Below, in pieces: positions 39,151 through 53,419 of a stretch of 64,000 nucleotides of DNA (position 1 is its first letter; each line of letters starts with the position of its first letter). The DNA is taken from NCBI GenBank assembly GCA_002269645.1, contig NIVC01000232.1:67173-131172 (forward strand), in the 5' to 3' direction. This stretch comes from Macrostomum lignano. Lineage: Eukaryota. Both the position numbers and the translations under genes were made by a program. Under the pieces are notes generated by a model. It worked only from the letters and a program-made list of their open reading frames with translations, searched no databases and was not told the DNA's origin.

Positions 39151-40384
39151 ATTAATGGTTTTGAATTTTGTGAAAGTCCACTAGACCTGAATGTCCTGAA
39201 GGTTAACTTTTTGATGAACAGGAAAACTTTACCAAAGTCAATGACGGATTTAAAATATTGACATTATTTTGTCAGGTCTTTCTATTATCAATTTATTTGT
39301 TTATCAGTGGCGCAGACATTCTTGCTGTAGAAATCATTAAATATCTCTTAAAACCACTCAAAAAGTAAAGGTGTATAGAAGGAAAACTTAAAACGACTTT
39401 TTTACATTTACATAACGACTTTTATTGGCAATATAAAAGTAGATGGAAATGCAACGCACTTTCTACTATTAAGTAGTACGTAAACATACTACTGACTATT
39501 TATATAGATAAGTCTCCCAAAAATGATTTATGATATTAATTACAAAAAACAGCTGAAGTATTTAAACGGTTGGATGATCTTCTGACATGAAAATAATTGT
39601 AAAAGAATGAAATATTGCTATTCTTACAATTTTGTATGAGGATCCCCGACATTAACATGCGTCCGAGCTAATAAATTTATTGTTTGGAATTTGGACTTTT
39701 ACATCCGAAAATTCATCGTTTACTCTGAAATTCCGTCATTCACTTCATCTGAAATTCCGTCATTCAGCAAAAACCTCATTCGAATTGACGCGCCAACAGT
39801 GGTCAGTTGAGATGTAAATCAAAAATGCGATTTTATGAGCCCTCAGGGTGGGGGAAGTTGGGAAAACTCCCAAATCCACTTCGAGGCCTGGAGTATAGAT
39901 TGAGTACAGATATAGAGCAGCGAGAGACCTCAATCTCTTTTGTTGTTCTTGCGAATTCTGCTCAACCCCAGGGCACAGGACTCGCACACAACGCAGACAC
40001 ACACCCAGCTTCCAACTAGTAGATAGGCAAAACATGAGGGACTCCATAAACTGAAGCTGAGTGGGGAAGCTGGAAAGATTGCTCTAGAGACATTTTGAGC
40101 AGTTCGACTTAGGGAATGAGGAAGCAGAGGAGGCTGGAGCTGGACTGTTCCCCAATGCCCGCTAATGCCCCAAGAGGCGGCCGGCCACTCCACCAGCGCG
40201 CAGAAGTTCTGGCTCGTTTCTGGGGACGAAAATTTTTAGACTGCTAAGCCGGCCATTCATTATGCCGTTGGCTCTTTATTAGATTAGTGCCATGCAGAAT
40301 GGGCCTCCGTGCGGTTGGCGCTCCGGCCGCGGCGGCAGATGAGCCTCGCCTCTGTCTTATACTGCTCTTTGACTGCGGCTGCTA

Positions 40385-41165
<781 letters not shown>

Positions 41166-41461
41166 GGCTGTCGGTCCATCTTTATTGTACTTCTTCAGTC
41201 CCGATGCCTATGATTAGATTAAGGCAATTTACTGATTTCGAAATACTAGAATTGTTCTGTTTTATTGCGTTAGCATTGATCCAAAAGACATCGACTTTTC
41301 CTTAATCAGTTTGCCCCATTTAGTCTGTGGGTGTCTCTTTTGCTCAAATAGTTACTATGCGCAGTGCCTATTTAGCTCTGAATTGATCGAAACTATTTTG
41401 TCCAGCACTGCCTCATTTGGGTTCTGTTGCTCTGCTTGCTGGACAGGCGACTGCGAGCGGT

Positions 41462-41577
41462 GCAGACAGACAGACAGACACACAGACAGACAGACAGACA
41501 GACACACAGACACACAGACAGACAGACAGACACACAGACAGACAGACAGACAGACACACAGACAGACAGACAGACAC

Positions 41578-41624
<47 letters not shown>

Positions 41625-41645
41625 CACAGACAGGCAGACAGACAC
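41462..41645. repeat. (CAGA)n/(CACA) microsatellite
   Basis: Directly visible. Confidence 0.96.
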
Positions 41646-42384
41646 GCTGCCGGTTGGTTTGCATCAGCAGCACAAGGACACAGTTGCCAGTTGCCCATGT
41701 CCCGCTACCTCAGCCAGTTGCTATTCCATCAGTTGGGCTCATAATCCAATTTATCTAGAGAGGAAGATGGGATCTGTGGAAATGGCCAAGTCCTCAGTGC
41801 ATGGATGTACGCAGACGCATCGCTAACCCTCCATATATAGGTCTGTCTGAGTCCCTGTCTCCTCACGCCTGTGTTTAGCTGCCCCATCAAAGTCGAGGTA
41901 GTCTCTACCCCCCCCCGAGTCTTCTCCTTGAGGATATTCTTGAGGAAAGAGATTTCGGGCAGGAAGAGATATCTAGAACTCGAGGGCTTTTTGGCGAGCC
42001 AAGGCAAAGAGAAAGGAGAGAAAATATAGAGGGATGCAGCGAGACGGGCTTTAAGACTAAAGCCGCGGGACCGAACTCAATTTATTGCTGCATAATTAAT
42101 TTCATTATACAGCTGGACCCACCTTATAGACTGTCGGATTTGGGCGGAATCTCCTTGCCATTGGGAGAAATGAGATAGCTGGCTATCAAAATCTTCCCTT
42201 AGGATCTATCGATTTGCTATTCCGAACTCAATACAATCATTTCCTAAGCTGACTGCAAAGCTCTCAACTCTCCCATTTGTTTATCACTTCCGCACTGCCT
42301 GCCTGAAGTTCCTTTAATATTCCACCACAAAATCGAAGTTTTTTTACGACCTGCGTTTACGAGAGAGTGGGTGCGAGCGGGTAT

Positions 42385-43400
42385 TACCTCTCCTGATCCT
42401 TCCACTGCTTACCCTCTCCTGATCCTTCCACTGCTTACCCTCTCCTGATCCTTCCACTGCTTACCCTCTCCTGATCCTTCCACTGCTACCCTCTTCTGAT
42501 CCTTCCACTGCTACCCTCTCCTGATCCTTCCACTGCTTACCCTCTCCTGATCCTTCCACTGCTACCCTCTCCTGATCCTTCCACTGCTACCCTCTCCTGA
42601 TCCTTCCACTGCTACCCTCTCCTGATCCTTCCACTGCTTACCCTCTCCTGATCCTTCCACTGCTACCCTCTTCTGATCCTTCCACTGCTACCCTCTCCTG
42701 ATCCTTCCACTGCTTACCCTCTCCTGATCCTTCCACTGCTACCCTCTCCTGATCCTTCCACTGCTACCCTCTCCTGATCCTTCCACTGCTACCCTCTCCT
42801 GATCCTTCCACTGCTTACCCTCTCCTGATCCTTCCACTGCTACCCTCTCCTGATCCTTCCACTGCTACCCTCTTCTGATCCTTCCACTGCTACCCTCTCC
42901 TGATCCTTCCACTGCTTACCCTCTCCTGATCCTTCCACTGCTACCCTCTCCTGATCCTTCCACTGCTACCCTCTCCTGATCCTTCCACTGCTACCCTCTC
43001 CTGATCCTTCCACTGCTTACCCTCTCCTGATCCTTCCACTGCTACCCTCTCCTGATCCTTCCACTGCTACCCTCTCCTGATCCTTCCACTGCTACCCTTT
43101 CCTGATCCTTCCACTGCTTACCCTCTCCTGATCCTTCCACTGCTACCCTCTCCTGATCCTTCCACTGCTACCCTCTCCTGATCCTTCCACTGCTTACCCT
43201 CTCCTGATCCTTCCACTGCTACCCTCTCCTGATCCTTCCACTGCTACCCTCTCCTGATCCTTCCACTGCTTACCCTCTCCTGATCCTTCCACTGCTACCC
43301 TCTCCTGATCCTTCCACTGCTACCCTCTCCTGATCCTTCCACTGCTTACCCTCTCCTGATCCTTCCACTGCTTACGCTCTCCTGATCCTTCCACTGCTGC
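42385..43400. repeat. Minisatellite, 25/26-bp unit CCCTCTCCTGATCCTTCCACTGCT(T)A
   Basis: Directly visible. Confidence 0.96.
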
Positions 43401-43872
43401 CCTCTCTCCGGGCCCTCCCCTCCAATAAGCTAAAACAGAGTCACGGGTTGTCGTTCTCATGGAAATCCAATTTACAAATTGGAAGCCACAACGTCGCATT
43501 CCGGAAGTTTGCATCTCACTCATCTCAAATGAGAAATGACCATAAAAAGGGGAACTTTGTTACCGCCAAAACAACTAATCTGGTAATTGGTCTCGTTCTC
43601 ATTGAGCCCCAGTTTCATTATTTCGACATCAAAACAACGGCGATGGCGCAAGTCTTTATTCATAAATAAACATTAGCAAACGTGACCTCAAATAGGACAC
43701 GTTTTCTGTTTTAATTTGCTGCAGGCTATTTCCTGAAAAAATATGGTAAATACAGTGTTGGCTTATGGCTAGATTATCAGCATAACAGATAGTATAATTT
43801 GTTATAGTGGCTTAGGCTGATCCATCAAACACAGTATTAGCCATGGGTTAGTTGATCAATCTTGCGAGCAGT

Positions 43873-43874
<2 letters not shown>

Positions 43875-43930
<56 letters not shown>
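43875..43930. repeat. (GA)n microsatellite
   Basis: Directly visible. Confidence 0.95.
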
Positions 43931-44079
43931 TATTCTCCATCATCCCTCTCTCTGGCTTGGCCCTATTAATTCACTTCAGTAGCATGTGAAATAAGTATGA
44001 AACGAGTTAGTCACCAGCTGTGACAGTTTTACGTTAAAATTTTACATTTAACATTGTTACTGCGATGTGGTTGCCATTT

Positions 44080-44790
44080 CAGGCATTGAGAGTGCCATTT
44101 CAGACATTGGGAGTGCCATTTCAGGCATTGAGAGTGCCATTTCAGGCATTGAGAGTGCCATTTCAGGCATTGAGAGTGCCATTTCAGGCATTGAGAGTGC
44201 TATTTCAGACTAAGGAGTGCCATTTCAGGCATTGAGAGTGCCATTTCAGGCATTGAGAGTGCCATTTCAGACATTGAGAGTGCCATTTCAAGCATTGAGA
44301 GTGCCATTTCAGGCATTGAGAGTGCCATTTCAGGCATTGAGAGTGCCATTTCAGGCATTGAGAGTGCCATTTCAGACATTGAGAGTGCCATTTCAAGTAT
44401 TGAGAGTGCCATTTCAGACATTGAGAGTGCCATTTCAGACATTGAGAGTGCCATTTCAGGCATTGAGAGTGCCATTTCAGACTAAGGAGTGCCATTTCAG
44501 ACGTTGAGAGTGCCATTTCAGGCATTGAGAGTGCCATTTCAGACTAAGGAGTGCCGTTTCAGACATTGAGAGTGCCATTTCAGGCATTGAGAGTGCCATT
44601 TCAGGCATTGAGAGTGCCATTTCAGGCATTGAGAGTGCCATTTCAGACATTGAGAGTGCCATTTCAGGCATTGAGAGTGCCATTTCAGACATTGAAAGTG
44701 CCATTTCAGGCATTGAGAGTGCCATTTCAAGCATTAAGAGTGCCATTTCAGACATTGAGAGTGCCATTTCAGGCATTGAGAGTGCCATTT
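44080..44790. repeat. Minisatellite, 21-bp unit AGAGTGCCATTTCAG(G/A)CATTG
   Basis: Directly visible; 7-aa period in translation. Confidence 0.96.
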
Positions 44791-46306
44791 TACTATATGA
44801 ACTTTTCAATTCATTAAGGTTAAAATCCTGTAAATAACCAAACCGACAAACTGGAGTAACTGCAGGGTATTGGCAAGTTGTCTGAAAATGGAGAGTTAAG
44901 GCTGGGGAAAGAGGCTTTGGCTGAGGTTTTGGGCAGTTGGTCTCTCCTCTCTTCTCTCTCTCTCTCTCGGATTCTCTGCATTAATTAATTTTCTCCCCAA
45001 TTTCTCCCAGTAGTGAGGCAGGCAGTCATCGTTCATTTCTTCCTTACTAGCGAAAGCAAAAAAAGCTAACGGGGGGGGAGCATAAGCTCGTTTTGTCAGA
45101 TTTCTAGGCGGTATGGAGCTGTATATTTATTCATAAATTACTGGGTTAATATGGTGCAGGATGGTAGGCAGTATAGTGCTGATGTTCACGCACTAGGCAG
45201 AGGTGTCACGTGACTTCAGTGAGTTTCATTTGAAATAAAATTATACTCGTACATATTTAAAATAAAATAGTCTCGTTAAAACTAAGAAACATTTGACATT
45301 GTGGCTTGAAATCAGGACAGGATCACATTGATTAAATTCTGATTCAAATAAGAGAATTTTAAATCGGGGATCGTCTTTACTGACTGACGGAATTCAAAAA
45401 GTGCGAAGTGATTTTTTTCGAGCAGAGCTGCCCATGAACTCAGTTAGTTGGGTGGGACGAAGTCCAATTTGAATCCCAAGTGGGGGGATCTTGCAATTTT
45501 AAAAAGCTCCTCTCTAAACTAAATCCCCTAAATCCTTGGATGCCCAAAGTTGAGACTCGTGAGGAAAGTTAAGGACGAGAATGTATATTTGAGTGAGACG
45601 CCAAGTTTTGACTCAATGTCACATCAGCCTCGCAGGAAATTCATGCGGGAGAAGAGTTCCTTCTCTCGCTGTACAGATCTCATCTACCCGTGTCTAAATT
45701 TTACTCCTGCTTGTCAAAAAATTTGGCGGATCACGAACTTGCAAGAGTATTAAGTGTGTGTGCGTGTGGGCGTGTGGGTGCCCCTGAGCCAGTCGGGGGC
45801 TCAAGTAGGGAGGACGAGAGGGGACGAAGAACGCCGAAGCGAGGGGTTAGTTAGGAGTCTCGTTGGGTCCGAATTTGACGGGAACCTCCAGAAGCGATTT
45901 TTTTACTACTGTCAGTTCATTTCTGTTCCCCTAATATATATGGGCCAGCATGCCTGCTAGCACTGGATGAGGCTCTTCCAGCAGATGAAGCTGAGAGGGA
46001 GGAGAGAGAGGGAAGCTGGACTTGCCTGACTGGTGTGTGTGTGTGTGTGCTGATGCTGAGCGAGTCTGTGAGGGAGCCCAGCTAAAGCCTCAGAGAGTAG
46101 TGTGTGTGTGTGCCGTGTGTGTGTGGAAGAAGAGTTGAAGTGGAAGAGGAAAGCGCAAGGCTGCAGGACTCCCAATACACACAGCGAGACAGACAGACAG
46201 AACTGACTGACTGAATGAGGGTCCCTATCTCTAGTGGGGGGGGGTAGGGTCAGGGAATCCTATTGGCTCGCTGCGCTCCCCAGGAAGCGACACTGAAAAA
46301 TGGGGT

Positions 46307-48588
46307 CTACAAGTTGAGGCCCAAGTCCCCTCCCCATTCCCCCAATTTCTTGCCTGGTTAGCATGCCTTTCGCATAAGAAATCGTTGAAAAGAAGTAAAC
46401 AAAAATAATTAAGACAGTTTCGAAGAAAATATTCGCTGCATTAATTTAATATATATGTTCTATATTGCTCAATTTTGGAGAATAAATCAATATAAAAATC
46501 CTCCATTGCACTGGCAAATGACAGGCAAGAACTCCCACTGAAAAGCAATTCTTCAAGACTCATTGACTCCAGTAGGACTACAGACAGACTCACTCACCCG
46601 ATAACTTTACCTTCTTTCTCTTTAAAGCTTTCTCGTTCTTCAAGTTGTCGTTGGTCTCATTCACGAAATTCTTCAGATAGATTCTTGACTGCTGGGGTGA
46701 GGATCCTGGAGGAGAAAATAACCCCAGGTCTTCCGCAAGGACACTTCTGTTTCAGCATGTCGCGGAACTCACCGGATCTGCTGATGCAATCTTGGTAGAG
46801 CTCCACGATACTCTGAACGGCTCCTCCTGAGTACAGCAGATCAGCAGTCAGCAAACTCTTATCCTTCAGGTGGCCGAACACGAAGTAGGATACCTTCATT
46901 AAAAGAAACAAGAAGTCACTGGGGCACTTCAGACCACAACGATCACGCATCTGGATCAAGGCAAAATCCTCAGCGCGGGCCTCATCATCGGATAGGATTA
47001 GGAACTCCAAATAGTCGGCAGTGACCAGGAAGTTCCTGCAATCCTGGCACTTCAGCTGACCACACAGAGACTTCGCGACATACCCACCAAGATAGGAGCA
47101 CAGGTTCAGATCAGTTGATGAAAGAGCAGCACTCAGATGCTCCAGGCCAGGCAGCGACAAAGACAACAGTTGGCTTGAGAAGTCAGACGGATTTCCTTGA
47201 TAAAGAATTTGAAAGTCCCTCAGCTTAAGTCCATGAAACTTGAGCAAGCTCGAGACGCGGATCTTCTTCTCCGCCTGAAAGATCTGACGCACGGAAATGA
47301 AGAAGTTGCCACCGTGAAATTGGCGGTAGCGACCGAAGCGGCGCTCAATCCAATCGCTGACAATGCAGCCTGTCAAAACGGAAGGAAACGAATGCTTGGC
47401 CAACAGGTGCTCTGTGAGGTCAGCAAGAGTGAGGCAGCAGGATCTCACGGCTAAGAATGTAGGAGCAGTCAAGCCAGGCAGCTTTGACTTCTCCCATCGA
47501 TGAAAAAAAGTGGCAAACTGGCGCAGCTTTGAGAGCCTTGGATCATTTACAACCAACGGAGCAGCGTCCGGAAGCCGCTTCTCCTTTGCCTTCTTCGTGG
47601 TCCTAACATTCCACATCGTCCACAGACTCAGAATGAGCTGTAAGGTGATCAGACCGATGGGAAACCTGTGGAACTTGGCAGCCTCCACTGTGGACTCGCT
47701 GAAAACATTGGTATCGTGCTGGACGTTTGTCTTCTCCAGGTTTGTCGGATTCTGTCGCTGTTGCTTCTTCCTCGCACCGCCTCGTGTCGTTCTCCCGGCG
47801 GGTCTCGGCCGATGCCAGCTGAGTGGGGCGCTCCTCAGTGATGGTCTTGTTCAGGTAGGAGGGTGCATTTGGGAAGATGCAAGGCAGGGCATCAGCGGCT
47901 AGACGCCGAAGCTTTAGCTTGCCTGCAGGCTGACCATCTGCTTCGGTCCGTTTGCGGTGGGGATTGGAGTCCTGAGAGTTGATCACGAAGTACTTCTCAG
48001 GGAAGTGAAGCGAGCAGACCCTGTAGCTGTGGTTCGGGTTTGTTCTCAGCTGCTCCAACTCGGAATCGGTCCACACGCTTGGAATGGCCGTGATCCACTT
48101 ATTCAGGAGCTCCAACTGCGTAGATGATGGAAACTTGTGGATAGTCACGGTTGGATTCTTCTCATAGCGAGCATAGTTGATGACGCAGAGGAACGCAGCA
48201 CTTGTAGCCCATAGTGGGAACGATCAGGTAGTTTCAAAATGCGATAGAGTGGAATTGAGAAGACTGCGAGTCAGTGCCCTTCGAGACAAACTCGCAATGT
48301 ATATAGGGGCAAAGAACAGTGAATAATATGCAGTAGAGTACAGTGTGAGGGAAGAACGCACATTAGTTTTCCTATGCACTTCCGTCCCCAGGAAAGGCTC
48401 TTTGTTTCACGAACTCGTACACAGGAGCGCAGCGAGGATCTCCTGCCCATTCTGTTTTTTACTGTGCACATAAACTTCGATGTCCTTATTTTTCGTCCCC
48501 ATTTGTGGGAACCCTCCCTACAAGGAAGGGTTTACTCACAAAAACTCCCGCGTCTCGAAGGCTCGAAGGCTTGGGCCTCAACTTGTAG
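46307..48588 (-). mobile_element. Internally deleted P-superfamily (THAP9-like) DNA transposon
   Basis: Perfect 19-bp inverted repeats CTACAAGTTGAGGCCCAAG (46307-46325) and CTTGGGCCTCAACTTGTAG (48570-48588) bracket THAP and P-transposase coding remnants. No clean 8-bp TSD was found, so the exact ends are uncertain. Confidence 0.75.
46590..48212 (-). pseudogene. P-element/THAP9-type transposase pseudogene (THAP domain plus C-terminal half)
   Basis: THAP motif MGYKCCVP-(frameshift)-CVINY..VTIHKFP..W..I..RVCSLHF..DALPCIFP. This joins out of frame at about 47745 to NLEKTNV..VFSEST, LWTMWNVR, LTAPTFLAV, VLTGCIVSDWIERRFGRYRQFHGGNFFISVRQ and YLGGYVA, which are P-transposase insertion-domain and C-terminal RNase H motifs. 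A further frameshift lies near 46680. The N-terminal catalytic region is missing. Confidence 0.82.
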
Positions 48589-49138
48589 GGGAGGTGGGGT
48601 GGGGCGGGACCAGTGTCGGTTCCTGGTGAAACAAATAGGATTCCCTGGTAGGGTGGTGGTGCAGCTGGAGGGGGTGCAGGGAGTGCAGATTGGCATATAT
48701 AGGGATTCTGCCCATTTGATCATTCGGTAATCGTACTCAGTTTTCTGTGGGGAGTTGATGGAGAGGGAGGAGAGAGAGAGAACCCAAGCTGGAGCTTAGT
48801 GCTGGTTGGCTGGGCATCTGGGGTCCGAGGAGCTTGCTTCCCCCTTCATCTTTCGAATCGAGTTTTTCTGTATGCGCGCCTGTATAAATTGGATTGCACA
48901 GCCCTACGAACTGCGCTTCAATAGGCTTATTCTATTCAGGAACAGAGATTGACCGAATTTTGCTGTCGAACAACTGACTGGACTATAATTACTAAAGCCA
49001 TGATTGAATTCGTACGGCTTCTCAAGTGACTCATTTTTGAAATTGTTAGTCAAATTGGAAACAAGTCCAATACAAAGTAGCTCGTCGAACTAGCAAACCA
49101 AGAAACGATAGAAAGATTTTGTAGCATACAAGCTATCT

Positions 49139-52100
49139 ATGCAAGTTTGCCTTCCCACGGCAAGTGCAATGACTGCATCAGCTGCTGGAGGGCCCGTACC
49201 TTCAGCTGTAGCAGATGCGCAAAAGTACCTGCTTAGAGCTGCCGCTAATTCTGCTGGCAGTGCGCACAACAATGCTGATTGCAATTATCAGCAGACATCT
49301 TTGTCCAATAGTTGCCAAGGACTGTTTCAGCAATGGAGTTTGGCGTTATTGTCCCAGGTAGTACAGACGTTCGGGTTTATGGAGTTTCAAGTTTGTGAAG
49401 TTTCAAGTTTGGGAAGTTTCGGGTTTGTGAAGTTTCTGGTTTGGGAAGTTTCGGGTTTGGGAAGTTTCAAGTTGACGAAGTTTCAACTTGGATTTCTAAA
49501 GTCTAAAGTTAATAAAGCTTTAATGCTTTTATCTAGATACTTTTGCCATGGCTAGTACCTACAGGTACTTTTCTAATCAAAAATACTGGTACGAACAGTC
49601 GACCATAGAGGGAACAAAAAACCTTTTAAAATTTCCTGCAGCCATCGGAGTTCGCTGCAGCTCAGCTTCAACAGCAGCAGCAACACCAACAGCAGCAACA
49701 GCCGCCGCAGCTGCCGCAACAGCAGCAGCAACAACAGCAACCGACAGATACGGATGCTGCCAACGGCTGTCCGGGCTCGCCAAACTCCGTCAGCGGCGGC
49801 AGCAGCGGCGGTGGCGCCGGTGGACCGAAAAGGCTGCACATCAGCAACATTCCGTTCAAATTTCGCGAGGCCGATCTGAGACAACTGCTCGGGGTGAGCG
49901 GATGGTGCATGACTGTCAAAATTCAGCTATTTCTATGTCACTTTGGGGCACTTAATCATACGTTCGGACTTCGGGATTTTCTAGTTGTTCAGCGATTCCT
50001 TCGGAGCGTTCTAGATTTTTAACCACACCTTCAGGATGTTCAATGGGCTTAATGGAGATTCCTTTGGAGCTTTTTAGATGTTTAACAAACCATTGGGATG
50101 TTCAAGATGTTTAATGACGATACCTTCGGAGGGTTTTATGTGTTTAATGATACTTTAGAAACGGTTCTAGGTGTTTCCTTTAGAGCGTTCTAGGTTCTTA
50201 TGAGTTCAACAACTATTCTTTTAGACCGTTTGAGGTGTTTGTTTTTTCATTTCCAACAAGACCTTTAGGATTTCTACGATTATGGAAAAACATTGTTCTT
50301 TCAAATGACAGTTTAAATAGTAAGACTATTTGTTACTTCTACTGCTAACCTGTGCGCTGCCCCAAACGAACTCTCCTTCATTTCAGCCATTCGGTCACAT
50401 TCTGGATGTTGAGATCATATTTAACGAGCGCGGATCAAAGGTAAGATTTCGAGCTAGATGAATATTAACGATAAAAAACTATAGGGACAAACATTGTGCG
50501 GTTGATTCACCAACAAGATGATGATGCCGTGTGTAGCATATTGGAAAAAAAATAGCTTGGAAATAACGATGAAGCTTAAGTATAATGTCGCCTCCAGCTT
50601 CACTGGGCAAATAATGGATTGCTAGTAAATTGCCAATGACCCGAATTTGATACACAAACTCCTCGGTTTTCGCGGGCGATGCTTTTAGTATTTTGCTACT
50701 CCATATTCGAATAGTTCCATCTCGAATGTCGCAAGTATTCTAGGCTTGGCCCTTCAGTGACCCCGTTTTCACGCCTCGCGTCCAATTTCCAGTCGATAAT
50801 AATGAACGCATTTTATTGATGCCAGTTTGTTAAGTTTTCTTTCTCTTTTCGGAACTTTTCGGAAAAGTGTGACTTTTCATGATGTTGAAAAATTATTTGA
50901 CATTTTGGTGTCTCGAATATCCTCACATCTTTCTCACTAATTGCAGGAGCAATTCAGACAGCAAAGTGTCAGCCAGTGTCATAGGTACAGTTTATAACAC
51001 CTTTAAACTTGCCTACCATCCCTTAATCGAATGCTTTTGTACTTAAGACCGCAGGTTTTTAATAAGGCTCGTAATAACAAAATCAGTCTGAAAGCAATGT
51101 TCCTTTATTTTTATTGCACTGGAATTTGCTGCTAGTAAATTATTTTGAGCTGGCAGACCGCAAAGCCAGTGATTCCTTTTGTTTTACTCCGTGTCTTGCA
51201 AAATCCGGAATTAAGCCAAGTTCGATTTCAGCAAAACAAATTTCATACAATTGTTTTTATTCCTTTCTTTAACTGCCTGACATAATTGCCTGCCGCTAAA
51301 AACTTAGCAACAGAAGCAAACATAGAATACGGTTTTGCTTGTTTCTTTCGTATCGAAATCAGATCAAATTATGGTAGTTAAAAAAATTATGGAACCACTA
51401 AAGCCGATCTTAAATGATGAAATATAAAACATAAAAAAATATTTGGCGATGACTCCATGCTTCTAAATTATAAAAAAATATTTGAAGGCCAAATTAGCTA
51501 GATTAGAATTCTTCTGATTTTCACCATAATCGAAAGTGATATGAAGCTGGATATTCTTTGTAGATTGTATTAAATATGGCTTCATCAAAGATAAAAATGA
51601 CATTTAAAATTATTAACAGCTGTAATTTTTCTTAAATTTCAACTGTTAGTCTCGATAGGCCGCCCACCAAGAGACAGGGACGCCCACCAAGAGACAGGGA
51701 CACCCACCAAGAGACAGGGACACCCACCAAGAAACAGGGGCGCCCACCAAGAGACATGGACGCCCAACAAGAGATAGGAACACCCACCAAGAAACAGGGA
51801 CACCCACCAAGAGACAGGGGCGCCCACCAAGAGACAGGGACACCCACCAAGAAACAGGGGCGCCCACCAAGAGACATGGACGCCCAACAAGAGATAGGAA
51901 CACCCACCAAGAAACAGGGACGCCCACCAAGAGACAGGGGCGCCCACCAAGAGACAGGAACGCCCACCAAGAGACAGGGGCGCCCACCAAGAGACAGGAA
52001 CGCCCACCAAGAGACAGGAACGCCCCTCAAGAGATAGGAACACCCACCAAGAAACAGGGGCGCCCACCAAGAAACAGGGGCGCCCACCAAGAAACAGGGG

Positions 52101-53221
52101 CGCCCACCAAGAGACAGGGCCACCCACCAAGAGACAGGAACGCCCACCAAGAGACAGGGGCGCCTACCAAGAGACAGGAACGCCCATCAAGAGACATGGA
52201 CGCCCAACAAGAGATAGGGCCGCCCACCAAGAGACAGGGCCGCCCACCAAGAGACAGGGCCGCCCACCAAGAGACAGGAACGCCCACCAAGAGACAGGGA
52301 CGCCCACCAAGAGACAGGGCCGCCCACCAAGAGACAGGAACGCCCACCAAGAGACAGGAACGCCCACCAAGAGACAGGAACGCCCACCAAGAGACAGGAA
52401 CGCCCACCAAGAGACAGGAACGCCCACCAAGAGACAGGGACACCCACCAAGAGACAGGGCCGCCCACCAAGAGGGCAACATCTTGGGTGTTAGAGGGTTA
52501 CGTCACTGCAATAAAATTTTCAAACTAAATTCGTACTTATCAGCAATATTCGGTTCCATAATTTTGTTTTGCAACTGCCCCATCAAATCACTGTCCGAAA
52601 GCATTATGTCGTTCCCTGTCTAACAATCAGTTCCGATTGCAGCACTAGTGTATAAATAGCTCGTAATTACAAAATTTAGTTTTTCAGAATGCATTTTGCG
52701 CATAAACTTACAAAAATCATTTCTGTCGTCAGACACCCGGAGTGCAGTGGCACATTAGTTCATTTAACAATATGATTTTTCAACTATTTTCTGTTTATTT
52801 ATAATTGGTGCCCCAACTACCAAAATTTTCTCCGCTTTCGACTGGCATTGAATGCGATCGCGAGAGGCCATCAGTGTGTTTAGTCAGAGTTGTCTTGTCC
52901 AGGTTGCTGTCATATATTCGGTGTAGCAGATGGTTTCAATTTAGCATTTGTCACCTAAAAAAATCTAAATATTTTCTTCTTCGCTAAATTTTGTGCATGC
53001 AAGTCCGTCTGCATCCGAAATGTTTTTTCTCATTAATTTTTTTTATTTACCTTGATTTTGTAGAGTTGTGTGAATAACTGTTTGCCTTCAGTATCCTGAG
53101 GCTGACATGATCCTTAAGTGCTTTGCAAGGGTCTATGTGTTCCTCTAGATTCTGCTTCTGACTCATCCGTTGATTGCATCTCAGTCTTCATCAACTCTGT
53201 AGGTTTTCTCTGTCTCGCTGC

Positions 53222-53255
<34 letters not shown>

Positions 53256-53280
53256 GTGTCTGTCTGTCTGTCTGTCTGTG

Positions 53281-53347
<67 letters not shown>

Positions 53348-53388
53348 GTGTCTGTCTGTGTGTCTGTCTGTCTGTATGTGTGTCTGTA

Positions 53389-53419
<31 letters not shown>

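Noticed and set aside
38326-39261. PEDTEG / SSGPSV repeat ORFs (in-frame 18-bp unit)
   Set aside because: Could mimic an acidic repeat protein, but 1-bp insertions (GAACGTCCCTG) repeatedly shift the frame and no splice or start context supports coding.
42070-42095. ACTCAATTTATTGC, resembling the 3' end of a flatworm spliced-leader sequence as I recall it
   Set aside because: The match is only 14 nt and based on memory, the terminal ATG-GT donor and Sm site of an SL RNA gene are absent, and it may be chance in AT-rich DNA.
49548-49955. ORF-track protein MASTYRYFS... as the Rbfox start
   Set aside because: Wrong frame for the RRM exon, and the donor after ACCTACAG gives phase 2 while the exon at 49642 needs phase 0.
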